Below, one piece after another: positions 1 to 9,722 of a DNA stretch of 64,000 nucleotides. The DNA comes from a virus: positions 2,873 through 66,872 of IMG/VR virus record IMGVR_UViG_3300028802_000011. The stretch is one strand, 5' to 3'. Positions within the stretch are counted from its first letter, which is position 1. The number at the start of each line of letters is the position of its first letter. Made by a program: the position numbers and the translations under genes. Under the pieces are notes generated by a model. It was not told the origin of the DNA, searched no databases, and saw only the letters and a list, made by a program, of their open reading frames with translations.

Positions 1-1
1 G

Positions 2-607
2 AGCGAAGAGAATCCGCGCAACTACTTCGACCAGATGCAGAACCTGGTGCATATGCTCGAGGAGCAGATGAACCTGGACGAGATCATGCGCCAGTCCAAC
101 CTCGAGATCGAGCGCTCTCAGCAGGGTCTTTATCAGAACCAGATCTACGAGCCTGTGGTCATGACGAACCGTGCTGCGATCCACTTCGGCAAGCTCGGAG
201 TTCGCGTTGACAGTTTTGTCAAGATCGAAGGAGGCACCGGAGTCCATATCGGTGCCGGAACACACATTGCTAGCTTCGCCCACATCGGTATCGGTGGAGG
301 GCAGGTCATCATCGAAGAGTTCTGTGCCGTGGCCTCTGGCGGGAAAATCATCTCTGGCAGCAATCAGCCGGATGCCATCAGCATGAGCGCGTCTTCTTTC
401 AAGGAGATGCAGCGAGTTGCTCGTGGCGTCGTCATCATGAAGAAGTACTCGTGCGTTCTTACGAACGCAGTCGTCCTTCCTGGAGTAACACTCCACGAAG
501 GATCCATACTCGCAGCAGGTGCAGTCGCGACGAAGGACATTCCGGCCTGGGAAATCTGGGGCGGAGTGCCGGCGAAATTCATTAGCAAACGGGAGATCAA
601 GAGATGA
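2..607 (+). CDS. Hexapeptide-repeat (left-handed beta-helix) acyl/acetyltransferase, 5'-truncated by the window edge
   Basis: Frame is open from base 2; repeats VHIGAGTHIA, VIIEEFCAVA, VLPGVTLHEGSILAAGAVATKDIPAWEIWGGVPAK are typical of sugar O/N-acetyltransferases. Confidence 0.85.
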   Translation, partial: SEENPRNYFDQMQNLVHMLEEQMNLDEIMRQSNLEIERSQQGLYQNQIYEPVVMTNRAAIHFGKLGVRVDSFVKIEGGTGVHIGAGTHIASFAHIGIGGGQVIIEEFCAVASGGKIISGSNQPDAISMSASSFKEMQRVARGVVIMKKYSCVLTNAVVLPGVTLHEGSILAAGAVATKDIPAWEIWGGVPAKFISKREIKR

Positions 608-1296
608 GGATCTGCGTCACGTCAGCCTTCAGGGACTGCAGTGATGCTCAGCTTCTTCGATGGGTGGGTCAGGTTCGTCAGCTGGCTCTTAGTGCTGGGT
701 CCTTTCACGACGTATGTGCTATCGCTGTGGAAGGTGACTCGAAGGACTACACTCACCGAAGACTGTGCATCTTCGCGAAGCAGAGAGGCATCGACCTCAA
801 GCTCGTGAAGCAGGACCTCGGGACTCCGCGCTATGGATCTACCGAAGATCCTGCACGGATGGCCGCACTCTCGAAAGTTCTCAACGAGGCATTTGACAAT
901 CTCGAGGAAGATGTCGACATGGTTATGCACGTTGAGAGTGACCTGATCTGGTCTCCCGAAACTGTCATTGATCTCATCGACCTCGTTGGTAGTGGCCGAG
1001 ACATTGTGGCTCCACTGGTTTTTGCCGGCGAGCATTTCTACGATGTCTGGGGCTTCCGTGGAATGGATGGCAGCCGGTTTGCCCCGTTCCCTCCGTATCA
1101 TGCCAGCGTTCTTGCGAACCAGGGCAAGATGACGGAGGTCAGCAGCGTCGGGAGCTGTCTGGTAATGCGAGGTGACATTGCCAGACAGGTTCGTATCGAG
1201 AACGGTGGCGCTCTGGTAGGATGGTGCGAGAACGCCCGAAGTAAGGGACACAAGATCTGGGTCGAACCGCGTCTGGCAGTGAGGCATCCCGCATGA
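604..1296 (+). CDS. GT-A fold glycosyltransferase (GT2/ANP1-like)
   Basis: N-terminal beta strand ICVTSAFRD, VMHVESDL DxD-like motif, DIVAPLV, EVSSVGSCLVM. Confidence 0.65.
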   Translation: MRICVTSAFRDCSDAQLLRWVGQVRQLALSAGSFHDVCAIAVEGDSKDYTHRRLCIFAKQRGIDLKLVKQDLGTPRYGSTEDPARMAALSKVLNEAFDNLEEDVDMVMHVESDLIWSPETVIDLIDLVGSGRDIVAPLVFAGEHFYDVWGFRGMDGSRFAPFPPYHASVLANQGKMTEVSSVGSCLVMRGDIARQVRIENGGALVGWCENARSKGHKIWVEPRLAVRHPA

Positions 1297-2162
1297 AGGT
1301 CTGTGTCGAAGCACCTCCGGTTATGAGCCGGGCGATGTTCCGCGTCGCCGATGCCTTGCGCGCGCACGCTCCCGCGGGAGTGCAGTGCGTGAAGACTGGC
1401 ATCGAGTCTGATCTTCAAGTCCTCCATGTAATTGGGATGGAAGGAATGCCCGACGCCATCTCCAAGTCACCGGAGTACGCAGTCCTTCAATACTGCTACA
1501 GAAGCGCGAACGGATCTCCTGAGCAGTGGAATGAAGTTTGGAAGAATGCTCGGATGGTGTGGAGCTATTATGGCGATCTCCCCGTGCCCGAAGGAACAAA
1601 CTTCCTCCACAGTCCTCTTGGAGTTGACACTTCAGTGTTCCGCTGGAACCCTGCCCCTCGCTGTCGCGCGGTCGTTACGACAGGCTTCGTTTCCGGGCCG
1701 TGTGCGGAGGCGATCGAGGAAGTTGCAGTCGCGGCTCTCAGGTCAGGGTTCGAAGTAGTCCACATCGGGCCGACTGATGTTGTCGGAATGAACCCTCGTA
1801 TCTCACGGCACAAGGACTGGAACGCTCTTGGAGGAATCTCCGACGCACGTCTTGCGGAGATTTACCAGAACGCAATGTGGGTGTCGGGCCTGCGGCACGT
1901 CGAAGGCTTCGAACTGCCGGCTCTCGAGGGCCTGGCCTGCGGCGCGAGGCCCATACTCTTCGAGCGCCCCGACATGCGTCAATGGTACGACGGGATGGCA
2001 GACTTCATCCCCGAGTGTCACGGTGACGAGCTCATCCAGCACCTCCTCGAACTGTTCAAGTCGCGGCCCGTGACTGTCGATCCGGCTGTGTACGACATCA
2101 TCTCGCACGAGCTCAGTTGGGATTGCTTCGCGAAGACGTTCTGGAAGGAGCTTGGAGTATGA
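1293..2162 (+). CDS. GT-B fold glycosyltransferase (GT4-like)
   Basis: PLGVD and EGFELPALEGLACG (ExFGLxxxEAxACG-type) motifs. Confidence 0.8.
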   Translation: MKVCVEAPPVMSRAMFRVADALRAHAPAGVQCVKTGIESDLQVLHVIGMEGMPDAISKSPEYAVLQYCYRSANGSPEQWNEVWKNARMVWSYYGDLPVPEGTNFLHSPLGVDTSVFRWNPAPRCRAVVTTGFVSGPCAEAIEEVAVAALRSGFEVVHIGPTDVVGMNPRISRHKDWNALGGISDARLAEIYQNAMWVSGLRHVEGFELPALEGLACGARPILFERPDMRQWYDGMADFIPECHGDELIQHLLELFKSRPVTVDPAVYDIISHELSWDCFAKTFWKELGV

Positions 2163-2656
2163 GCATCCTTACCAGACCGAACGGATTCCCTGGTCTGATC
2201 AAGCTGAATGATCCGAGGAAGTTCCTTGGTGAAGACGGTATGATGACAGGCCAGGAGATCACAGCTTGGGAGGTTTCTCTCAAGCTCGTTTCCATTCCAT
2301 TGCCTCAGCCTCTTTTACTATCTCTTGGAGGAGAAGCCAAGAGGATTCGCTTTCATCCCGCAGGTGCGGAATCGTTGGACCGCGCTCTGCACGCGATCCA
2401 CGAGGATGGGCTCTGGCACAAGATGGGAGTGTACGGCGGATGTTTCGCTGTTCGCACTCAACGAGGTAGCGCTATCAAGTGGTCTGTTCACACTTGGGGT
2501 CTTGCTCTCGACATCGATGTGCTTAACAATCCACTTGGTGCAGTTCCAAAGATGGACGCGTCCCTCATTCAGATCTTTGAGTCCTATGACTTCGTGTGGG
2601 GAGGACGATGGGCGCGTCCTGATGGGATGCACTTCCAGTTCTGTAGTAACTACTGA
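2159..2656 (+). CDS. Endolysin, M15 family peptidase
   Basis: R...SVHTWGLALDID and WGGRW..DGMHFQ zinc motifs; ATG 2159 overlaps the upstream stop. Confidence 0.85.
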   Translation: MSILTRPNGFPGLIKLNDPRKFLGEDGMMTGQEITAWEVSLKLVSIPLPQPLLLSLGGEAKRIRFHPAGAESLDRALHAIHEDGLWHKMGVYGGCFAVRTQRGSAIKWSVHTWGLALDIDVLNNPLGAVPKMDASLIQIFESYDFVWGGRWARPDGMHFQFCSNY

Positions 2657-2665
2657 GGATTAACA

Positions 2666-3220
2666 ATGGAAATTTCAAAGCTCCTCGGTGCGGACCCGTT
2701 GACGCTGGCGCTGATCGCGCTGATCCTCCTGATTGGCGGGTTCACGGGAGTCACGAAGGTCTTTCCGATTCTGGTGAAGAGACTTGTGACGTCGGTGGAG
2801 GTACAGAGAACACAGAAGATCTCTGAGAATGTCGAGCGCAGTGTATCCGACAAACTACTCGAGTCTTTGGGCGAACAACTTCTTTCGAAGAATGAGGAGC
2901 GGGGCAAGACGCTGCACCAGCATTCGCAAGATCTGACCGCTCTGAACCTCAAGACAGCGCGACATGATCGGGAGATCCGAGACCTGAAGGCCAGCGTGGA
3001 GGACCTCAGGGAAAGGCAGTTTGACTTGGAGAAGAATATCATACTGATCCAGGCTGCCCAGAAGTATCAGACGGAAAAGCTTGAGGAGTTGTGCGAGCGC
3101 ATCGAGAAGCTCGAAGCGTGGGGAACTACGATCGCTCGCATTGACGCTTACTTTCAAATGCGGACTCAGCGAATGCTGCCTGATATTACACCGGAGCCGC
3201 GGAATGGAGAGAAGGCATGA
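2666..3220 (+). CDS. Membrane-anchored coiled-coil protein (holin- or i-spanin-like)
   Basis: N-terminal TM helix followed by a long heptad-rich region; directly after the endolysin. Confidence 0.5.
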   Translation: MEISKLLGADPLTLALIALILLIGGFTGVTKVFPILVKRLVTSVEVQRTQKISENVERSVSDKLLESLGEQLLSKNEERGKTLHQHSQDLTALNLKTARHDREIRDLKASVEDLRERQFDLEKNIILIQAAQKYQTEKLEELCERIEKLEAWGTTIARIDAYFQMRTQRMLPDITPEPRNGEKA

Positions 3221-3708
3221 AGTTCATTGTCGTTTTGCTGGCGCTCCTCTTCGTGTCGTGCGATGGTGAGTCGCCGACACAGGTGCAGCCGCCCGTCATT
3301 AATGTGACTGTCAACAATTTCCAGGACAGCCAGAACGCAGGCCAGGCTCCTGGAGGGCAGGTCACACCGAGTCCTACGTGCGGAACGCGAAGGACCAGTG
3401 ATGTCGGCTGGTCAGTGATGGGAGGGTTCACAAGGTCTGGTACTCCCATCGACAGGTTCGCAACGACTGCACCCAACGGCTCTATCGTTCAGTTCGACAT
3501 CACTCCGAAGGACGCAACTGGCAATCTTCCTGCGGAGTGCCACGGATCGATCTCGTATTCGACGCCTTCGGGTCCGTGTCGAGCAGTCAGTGTTCAACCT
3601 GACAACTTCAATCCGCGCGTGGAAATCACCGGGAGCTCGGGAGTCTGTGCTCTAACAGGAAGAGTCGACGGGCTCAGCGTCACTGTCGAAATTCAGGCCG
3701 TCTCTTAA
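3217..3708 (+). CDS. Predicted lipoprotein
   Basis: MKFIVVLLALLFVS-C signal II/lipobox-like; Pro/Gln linker then a beta-rich Cys-containing domain. Confidence 0.6.
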   Translation: MKFIVVLLALLFVSCDGESPTQVQPPVINVTVNNFQDSQNAGQAPGGQVTPSPTCGTRRTSDVGWSVMGGFTRSGTPIDRFATTAPNGSIVQFDITPKDATGNLPAECHGSISYSTPSGPCRAVSVQPDNFNPRVEITGSSGVCALTGRVDGLSVTVEIQAVS

Positions 3709-3718
3709 GGGAGAAGTC

Positions 3719-4357
3719 ATGAAGAGAATCATTAGCCTCATCCTTCTGGTACTGTGCGCGCAGATGGTGCATGCACAGGAGCCCGTCTCGCCGTTTGCCT
3801 GGCGCGCCTCTACGCTGGCCGGTACGTACATCGGCCCGGCTGGTAGGCGCGCGGTGTTTGGCGCCAGGCTGGAGGCCAGCGTAGAGGCACCGGCTGGTCT
3901 ACGTCTGTACGGTAGGCTGGATGGTACGGCTCAGGGGGATGGTGGCGCGGCTGCGGCTGGCCTGGCGAACATTGACAGTTTCACCAACGGTGAAATCTAC
4001 TTCTGTCTGTCCAGACCCGTCGCAGCCGGAGTGGGTCCTGCGTTGCTCTACGGATGGAGCGTGCCTCTTGAGCGGACCGAACAAGTCCTCGAGAAGACTC
4101 CTCGAACAGCGCTAGTCGGATTACTAGCAACCAATTCGAGGAGCTGGATCCTGCTTGGAGTGGGAATGCACGAGGCAGCCGGCGATGTTGATGTGCCGAA
4201 CATCGATTCGCCCGGCCCATGGAGTTGGAACAAGTTTCGTGTGATCGCGAGTGGATCGATACTCATCGACGGACGCACGTCGTTCGCTGGTGAGGTAATT
4301 GCGGGCGAGCATAGTTTCGCAAGAGGCTATGTTGTGGTCCAGGTGGGTGGACGATGA
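3719..4357 (+). CDS. Secreted beta-rich (possibly outer-membrane) protein
   Basis: Signal peptide ending VHA-QE; alternating amphipathic strands, C-terminal GYVVVQVG. Confidence 0.5.
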   Translation: MKRIISLILLVLCAQMVHAQEPVSPFAWRASTLAGTYIGPAGRRAVFGARLEASVEAPAGLRLYGRLDGTAQGDGGAAAAGLANIDSFTNGEIYFCLSRPVAAGVGPALLYGWSVPLERTEQVLEKTPRTALVGLLATNSRSWILLGVGMHEAAGDVDVPNIDSPGPWSWNKFRVIASGSILIDGRTSFAGEVIAGEHSFARGYVVVQVGGR

Positions 4358-5085
4358 GGTTCAATGTCAAGAATCTTCTCAAGTGGATTGGCACTCGGGT
4401 CCTCTTTGTACTGGCGTTCTGTGTTATTCTTGCGACTGGCGTTTGCAACTTCGGTTGCGCTCGCTTCAGGGATGATCCGTGCCGGCTCCTTCCGCCAGGA
4501 ACCTGCACCCAGCCGACGCCCGAACCTACTGCGACTCCAAGTCCTGAGCCGACAGTCACACCGACTGGGACTCCGCAGTCGCAGCCGACTTCGAGTCCTA
4601 CACCGCACCCGACAGCGACGATGACACCTGTGCCTGGAGTCGAGCTTCCTGAAGTTGCTTTCTTCAAAACAGGAGGCACGAATCTCACTTGCAAGAGAGG
4701 CCAGGTTTGTTGTCAGAACGCGGAGGATAGCCCTCGCTTCCAGAATCAGCACGTCTGTGAAGTCGGTGGAACTTTATATCTTGCGCCGAAGCATCCACCG
4801 GAAACCGATCCGAATCAGGCAGGACCGTGCGATCCGCCTCACGAGCTGAACTGGAATTCGTTTTGCTTGAGGCAGGAGTGGGATAACGAGGGAGGTCCTG
4901 TTCGCAACGTCAGTGGAGCTCGGTCGTGGCGCATCAATCCTGGAAATCCATTCCACACCGATGTCGAATGGATCGAAGGGCAGTGCTTCACGATCTGTGC
5001 GAAGCCTCCTGTTCCGTTTGTCGTGCGCGGTCTGACCTTGAGAGTTCGTGAAGGTGCCGAGCGCTGCGTCGAGCACTGTTATTAA
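4354..5085 (+). CDS. Exported Cys-rich protein with Pro/Thr linker
   Basis: N-terminal hydrophobic segment, TQPTPEPTATPSPEPTVTPT linker, many Cys. Confidence 0.6.
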   Translation: MRFNVKNLLKWIGTRVLFVLAFCVILATGVCNFGCARFRDDPCRLLPPGTCTQPTPEPTATPSPEPTVTPTGTPQSQPTSSPTPHPTATMTPVPGVELPEVAFFKTGGTNLTCKRGQVCCQNAEDSPRFQNQHVCEVGGTLYLAPKHPPETDPNQAGPCDPPHELNWNSFCLRQEWDNEGGPVRNVSGARSWRINPGNPFHTDVEWIEGQCFTICAKPPVPFVVRGLTLRVREGAERCVEHCY

Positions 5086-5095
5086 GGAGCGAGTC

Positions 5096-5569
5096 ATGCA
5101 CAAGTTGATGATGAAGATCGGATTCGGCCTACTCGGAAAGAAGCTCAAGGACAGTTCACTCTACGAGCCTCTCAAGGGAAGGAAGCGCATCATCGGACTG
5201 ATGTTCGGCATCTTGACAATCCTCCTGATGCAGTTCCCTGACGTGCCGACGGCCGTCACTGAAGTCGTTGCTGGTTTGGCCGGTGTTTTCCTCAGCCTTG
5301 GCTGGATCGACGCGAAGTACAGGGACTCGCCATTCACCGGAGCGACGGGCTGGTACGTCTTCCTGCGCGATCACTGGACCTGGGTCACGGGCCTGGCAGC
5401 CGGCCTCGTTGGCTATCTGACAAAATGCGAAGGACTCACGGCGAAGATCATGGGAACGTTGCACCTGGAGTGCAGCGTCGGTATCACCGTCATCGGAGTT
5501 CTAGTAGCACTCCTCGGATGGGCAGTCGGTGCCGCGAAGCTCGCTACTCCTGAAGAGAAAGCCGCGTAA
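5096..5569 (+). CDS. Multi-pass membrane protein (holin candidate)
   Basis: About four hydrophobic segments; AAGGAG RBS upstream of ATG 5096. Confidence 0.5.
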   Translation: MHKLMMKIGFGLLGKKLKDSSLYEPLKGRKRIIGLMFGILTILLMQFPDVPTAVTEVVAGLAGVFLSLGWIDAKYRDSPFTGATGWYVFLRDHWTWVTGLAAGLVGYLTKCEGLTAKIMGTLHLECSVGITVIGVLVALLGWAVGAAKLATPEEKAA

Positions 5570-6276
5570 TGATCCTTCCGGTTCGAGGTCTCGCTCCAGT
5601 ATCAGCAGCGTCAGGGAGACGTTCGTCCCTATACGCGGATCTGTTTGGCTACTGGAAACTGGACGAGATCTCGGGCTCGCGTCTCGATTCATCTGGTAAC
5701 GGATTGACACTAACAGATAACAACACTGTTACGTCGGCCGCTGGAAAACTTCACGGGTTAGCAGCACAATTCACAATTGCAACGAGTGAATCCCTCTCTC
5801 GTGCAAATGAAACTGCAATCCAGGCTGGTGATGTTGATTGGACTTGGGCCTGCTGGATCTACCCTGATTCGGTTGGTCTTGCCCATCAGTACTTCATCTC
5901 AAAGGGCGGGTTCGCAGTTGATTACGAGCTTGAACTTTCAGGGGCAGATCTGATTGGACAGTATTGGAATGGTTCGTACTCACAGGTTTTTACAATTGGA
6001 TCAGCAGTACCTGCTGGAGCTTGGAGCCGAATCGTTTTCTGGCATGATTCAGTTGCGAATACTCTTAATTTGCAATTGAATAATGACACTGTCCGCTCCG
6101 CTGCAACAGTCTCTGTCGCAACGACCACGACTGATCCTCTGTACTTCGGTCGTCGTGGATCTGGCGGGAGTTTTTACGGAGGGCGAATTGGTGACATGGC
6201 TTTTTGGAAGAAGGCCTTGACATCAGCAGAACGCCTTGAGCATTGGAACGGTGGGAGTGGATTCGCTCTCTACTAA
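5569..6276 (+). CDS. LamG/concanavalin A-like domain virion protein
   Basis: GYWKLDE..G.R.DSSGNG start, WTWACWI, YGGRIGDMAFWKKALTSAE...WNGG end. Confidence 0.8.
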   Translation: MILPVRGLAPVSAASGRRSSLYADLFGYWKLDEISGSRLDSSGNGLTLTDNNTVTSAAGKLHGLAAQFTIATSESLSRANETAIQAGDVDWTWACWIYPDSVGLAHQYFISKGGFAVDYELELSGADLIGQYWNGSYSQVFTIGSAVPAGAWSRIVFWHDSVANTLNLQLNNDTVRSAATVSVATTTTDPLYFGRRGSGGSFYGGRIGDMAFWKKALTSAERLEHWNGGSGFALY

Positions 6277-6288
6277 GGAGATCAAGTC

Positions 6289-6579
6289 ATGGCACTACCT
6301 GTTGTCTTCATCAATACAAGCCGCGCTCGTATCAGTGCATTCTTAAAAGCCTATGAGGATCTCAAGAGCTTGAGTGGCGAGTTCGTGGCCATTGGAGGCA
6401 CGACCTTCACGAATGGGTTCGACTTCAATGGCGAGAACGCCAGCACATACGACATCACTCAGGCGGAGTACAACGCAGCATTGACTGCGGCGAGTCGTGC
6501 CATCACAGCAATTGACGGGGCATCCGTGACTGCAAGTGCGACAGCCCTCGGCGATCTGTACAAGATCAAGATCGGATAA
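6289..6579 (+). CDS. Hypothetical protein
   Basis: AAGGAG RBS; fills the gap between late genes. Confidence 0.6.
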   Translation: MALPVVFINTSRARISAFLKAYEDLKSLSGEFVAIGGTTFTNGFDFNGENASTYDITQAEYNAALTAASRAITAIDGASVTASATALGDLYKIKIG

Positions 6580-6580
6580 C

Positions 6581-7717
6581 ATGGCAATCCATCAGCAGGG
6601 TAACGCACTAGTCTGCGTCGCAGGGTTTCTGAATAGCGGAGCTGCCGCTACTGGACTCACTGTTGCGGTCGACGTCTGGGAGATCGGCCTTGCAAGTGGG
6701 ACTGCGACACAGATAGTCTCGTCGGGATCAGCAACGGAGATTGCTCGAGGAGCATACTACTATCGCCTTGCTTCAAGTGGAGTAGATCTGAACGCTATCT
6801 ACTTGTTCATGTTCTTCACGGCGGGGACTGCAGACCAGAAGGTCATCATCCAGGGCTGGTCTGTTGGTATGACGTGGGTTGAGAACCTCAACGCACAACT
6901 TAGTGGGATTGCAGCCGCAGTGTGGGCCGTCGGTACAAGGACACTTACGAGTTTTGGCACACTCGTTGCAGATGTGACGACGGCTGTCTGGGCTAACGGT
7001 ACACGCACCTTAAGCTCGTTTGGGACGCTCGTTGCTGACATCTGGGCAAACGGCACGCGAACACTAACAGGCTTCGGCACACTAGTTGCAGACGTTGCAG
7101 CGCAAGTATGGAACTCGGTTGCTGCAACTTTCAACACTGCTGGCACGATGGGCCAGAAACTCAATGCTGCCGGCGGTGCTACGGATCCTTTGACAAACGC
7201 TGTCCCTGGATCCTACGGTGAAGGTACAGCCGGCGAAGCCCTTGGTGACATCCGTAGCATCAAATCAAAGACCGACCTCATCACTACTAACGGTGTGACC
7301 ATCACGTCACCGTACAATCCGGTAACTGGCAGATTGGCACTTACCAGAGGCGACGACTACCCCGCAACGGATCCGTTCCCGCTTCAGTTCAGTAGCGATA
7401 CCTGGCCTGATCTTACTGGAGCGACGGTTCAGTTGACAATTCGTAGGAAGCCGGTGAACCCGACGATCTCCGACGCTGCTCTGTTGACAATGACGGACAC
7501 TGTTGCTTTGAGAATCGACGGTGACGGCATCGAACAGACAGTTACGTTCGAACCTATGTCCAGTGGAAGTGCAAACGGCCAGGTCGGCAGCACTGTTGAT
7601 CTCGACACAGGTGTTTCGTCCGTGAAGTTCGACGTTCAGGCCACTCTGGCAAGTGGAACCAAGAAGACCCTCGTGGCTGGCCTTGGTGATATCACCGAAG
7701 ACCAGACGCGCGGCTAA
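6581..7717 (+). CDS. Virion structural protein with Trp-containing repeats and BppU-like C-terminal domain
   Basis: Repeats VWxxGTRTLTxFGTLVAD; C-terminal LTRGDDY...DLTGATVQLTIR resembles BppU-type beta sandwiches. Confidence 0.55.
   Translation: MAIHQQGNALVCVAGFLNSGAAATGLTVAVDVWEIGLASGTATQIVSSGSATEIARGAYYYRLASSGVDLNAIYLFMFFTAGTADQKVIIQGWSVGMTWVENLNAQLSGIAAAVWAVGTRTLTSFGTLVADVTTAVWANGTRTLSSFGTLVADIWANGTRTLTGFGTLVADVAAQVWNSVAATFNTAGTMGQKLNAAGGATDPLTNAVPGSYGEGTAGEALGDIRSIKSKTDLITTNGVTITSPYNPVTGRLALTRGDDYPATDPFPLQFSSDTWPDLTGATVQLTIRRKPVNPTISDAALLTMTDTVALRIDGDGIEQTVTFEPMSSGSANGQVGSTVDLDTGVSSVKFDVQATLASGTKKTLVAGLGDITEDQTRG
6920..7112 (+). repeat. Three degenerate in-frame tandem repeats (18-22 codons)
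   Basis: VWAVGTRTLTSFGTLVAD / VWANGTRTLSSFGTLVAD / IWANGTRTLTGFGTLVAD. Confidence 0.85.
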
Positions 7718-7730
7718 GAAAGGTCAGGTC

Positions 7731-8918
7731 ATGGAGAAGAAGAGGAAGTTGCTGTGGATCGGTGATGCTGTGGTTTCGTCCGGGTTCGCACGTGCCACAC
7801 ATCACACGCTCGACGTCTTGAAGGAAAGTTGGGACGTGAGTGTCCTCGGCCTCAACTACATGGGCGATCCACATCAATATCCTTACGATATCTATCCGGC
7901 CTGGTCCGGAGGCGATGCATTCGGTGTCAAGCGGACTGCTGCCCTCGTGTCGAAGATCCGGCCTGATCTGGTAGTTGTGCAGAACGACCCGTGGAATGTA
8001 CCGGAGTACATGAAGCGAGCCGGCGACTGCCCAACTGTCGCGACGATGCCAGTCGACGGAAAGAATTGCCGAGGCGCTGCCCTGAACGGTCTCCTCCTCG
8101 GAATCTTCTGGACGCAGTTCGGCTTGGACGAAGCTCGCAAGGGAGGATATGCTGGTGAAGCCGCCGTCGTTCCTCTTGGTGTTGATCTCGAGCTCTACAA
8201 GCCTTCGGTCACGAAGAAGGAAGCTCGTGAGAAGATCGGCCTCCCGAACGCTGTGAAGGACGGCTTCCTCGTTGGCAATGTCAATAGGAACCAGCCGCGA
8301 AAGAGATTGGACTTGACAGTTCAGTATTTCGCCGAGTGGGTGCATTCGTTTGGCATCAAGGACGCGTATCTGTTCTTGCATGTGGCTCCCACGGGCGACC
8401 AGGGCTATGACGTGAAGCAGCTCATGAAGTACTACGGATTGCCTGGCAGGCTCATCCTGTCCGATCCTGAGATCGGCATGGGGTCGCCCGAAGCGAGCCT
8501 TCCGTACTTGTACCAGTCGTTCGATGCGCAGATCTCGACGACGCAGGGCGAGGGCTGGGGACTCACGACGATGGAGGGAATGGCCTGCGGTGTTCCGCAG
8601 ATTGTTCCGGAGTGGGCGGCGCTTGGCGAATGGTGTGAGGATGGAGTCATCAAGATTCCGTGTCGCGATCAGATCGTGACGCCGAACAACATCAACGTCG
8701 TCGGCGGTGTTCCTTCCAAGACGCACTTCATGAACGCACTCGCGAACGTTTATAACAACGAAGGCGTTCGCAAGGACCTCATCGCTCGTGGCCTGGCAGT
8801 TGTGCGGAAGCCGCAGTACCGCTGGAAGGCTGTCGGCGAAGCCTTCGCGAAGGCTCTGGACGAAGTCAGGTATGTCTCCAGGAACGACGAAGTTGAAGAG
8901 GTGGAGGTCAAGGTCTAA
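7731..8918 (+). CDS. GT4-like glycosyltransferase
   Basis: LLWIGDAVVSSGFAR, PLGVD, NRNQPRKRLD, GEGWGLTTMEGMACGVPQI. Confidence 0.9.
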   Translation: MEKKRKLLWIGDAVVSSGFARATHHTLDVLKESWDVSVLGLNYMGDPHQYPYDIYPAWSGGDAFGVKRTAALVSKIRPDLVVVQNDPWNVPEYMKRAGDCPTVATMPVDGKNCRGAALNGLLLGIFWTQFGLDEARKGGYAGEAAVVPLGVDLELYKPSVTKKEAREKIGLPNAVKDGFLVGNVNRNQPRKRLDLTVQYFAEWVHSFGIKDAYLFLHVAPTGDQGYDVKQLMKYYGLPGRLILSDPEIGMGSPEASLPYLYQSFDAQISTTQGEGWGLTTMEGMACGVPQIVPEWAALGEWCEDGVIKIPCRDQIVTPNNINVVGGVPSKTHFMNALANVYNNEGVRKDLIARGLAVVRKPQYRWKAVGEAFAKALDEVRYVSRNDEVEEVEVKV

Positions 8919-9289
8919 TGGGCTTCGAGGTTCGAGGGCTAACGGAAGCAAAGAAGAAGTTGAAGTCTTTGACTCAGAATGCCCCGAAGAAGTTTGCTCG
9001 CGGGATGCTGGCGTGGGGAGAGAAGGTGATGACCATCAGCCGCGAGCGCTGCCCAAAGGATACTGGTGAACTGTCAAGTACTGGTGCCATCGAAACGAAT
9101 GAGACGAAGCGTGGATTGTCAATGCGCTTCGTCTATGGAACAGAGTACGCAGTTCCTCAGCACGAACGCCTTGACTACGAGCACGCCGATGGTGAGGCCA
9201 AGTACCTCGAGAATCCGATGTTCGAGGAGGCCGGCAATCTTGAACCGATGATGGCAAAGTTTGGAAAGATCACGGAGGGGGACCTGTGA
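8918..9289 (+). CDS. HK97 gp10-like tail completion protein
   Basis: CPKDTGELSST, YGTEYAVPQHE, GEAKYLE motifs. Confidence 0.75.
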   Translation: MGFEVRGLTEAKKKLKSLTQNAPKKFARGMLAWGEKVMTISRERCPKDTGELSSTGAIETNETKRGLSMRFVYGTEYAVPQHERLDYEHADGEAKYLENPMFEEAGNLEPMMAKFGKITEGDL

Positions 9290-9711
9290 CCTGGTACCTC
9301 AGCATCAAGAACCTCGGTGAGATTGCCGACCTCAAGCTCGACGATAACAAGAGGCAGATGGTCGGATTCAACATCATCGCCGAGAAGGCAAAATCCGGGA
9401 CCTTCGTCGAGGAGATCCTTGCTCTTTTGGTTTCGGGAGGGATTGGTAGTTTTGGTTCGACGATCTTCATCGGGTCGAAAGCGATTGTGCCAATCTCCGG
9501 AGACGGGCCATTTGTCAACATCAACCCGACAGGTGGTTTGTTCCCGATCAATACGCAGAACGTGATCGGTGTGACTTATCAGCGTCCGGCTGCCCAGATC
9601 GTCGTGCGTGCGGGAGGTGATCCTTCCACGCAGTTCACGCGCGCGTATGCGAAAGCCTTCGACGTCTACAACATACTCACAGCAGTTAGGAACAGGGACG
9701 TTAGTCCCTAG
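9286..9711 (+). CDS. Putative tail terminator protein
   Basis: Position before the tail tube; YQRPAAQIVVR motif. Confidence 0.5.
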   Translation: MTWYLSIKNLGEIADLKLDDNKRQMVGFNIIAEKAKSGTFVEEILALLVSGGIGSFGSTIFIGSKAIVPISGDGPFVNINPTGGLFPINTQNVIGVTYQRPAAQIVVRAGGDPSTQFTRAYAKAFDVYNILTAVRNRDVSP

Positions 9712-9722
9712 AGGAGGGAAGA

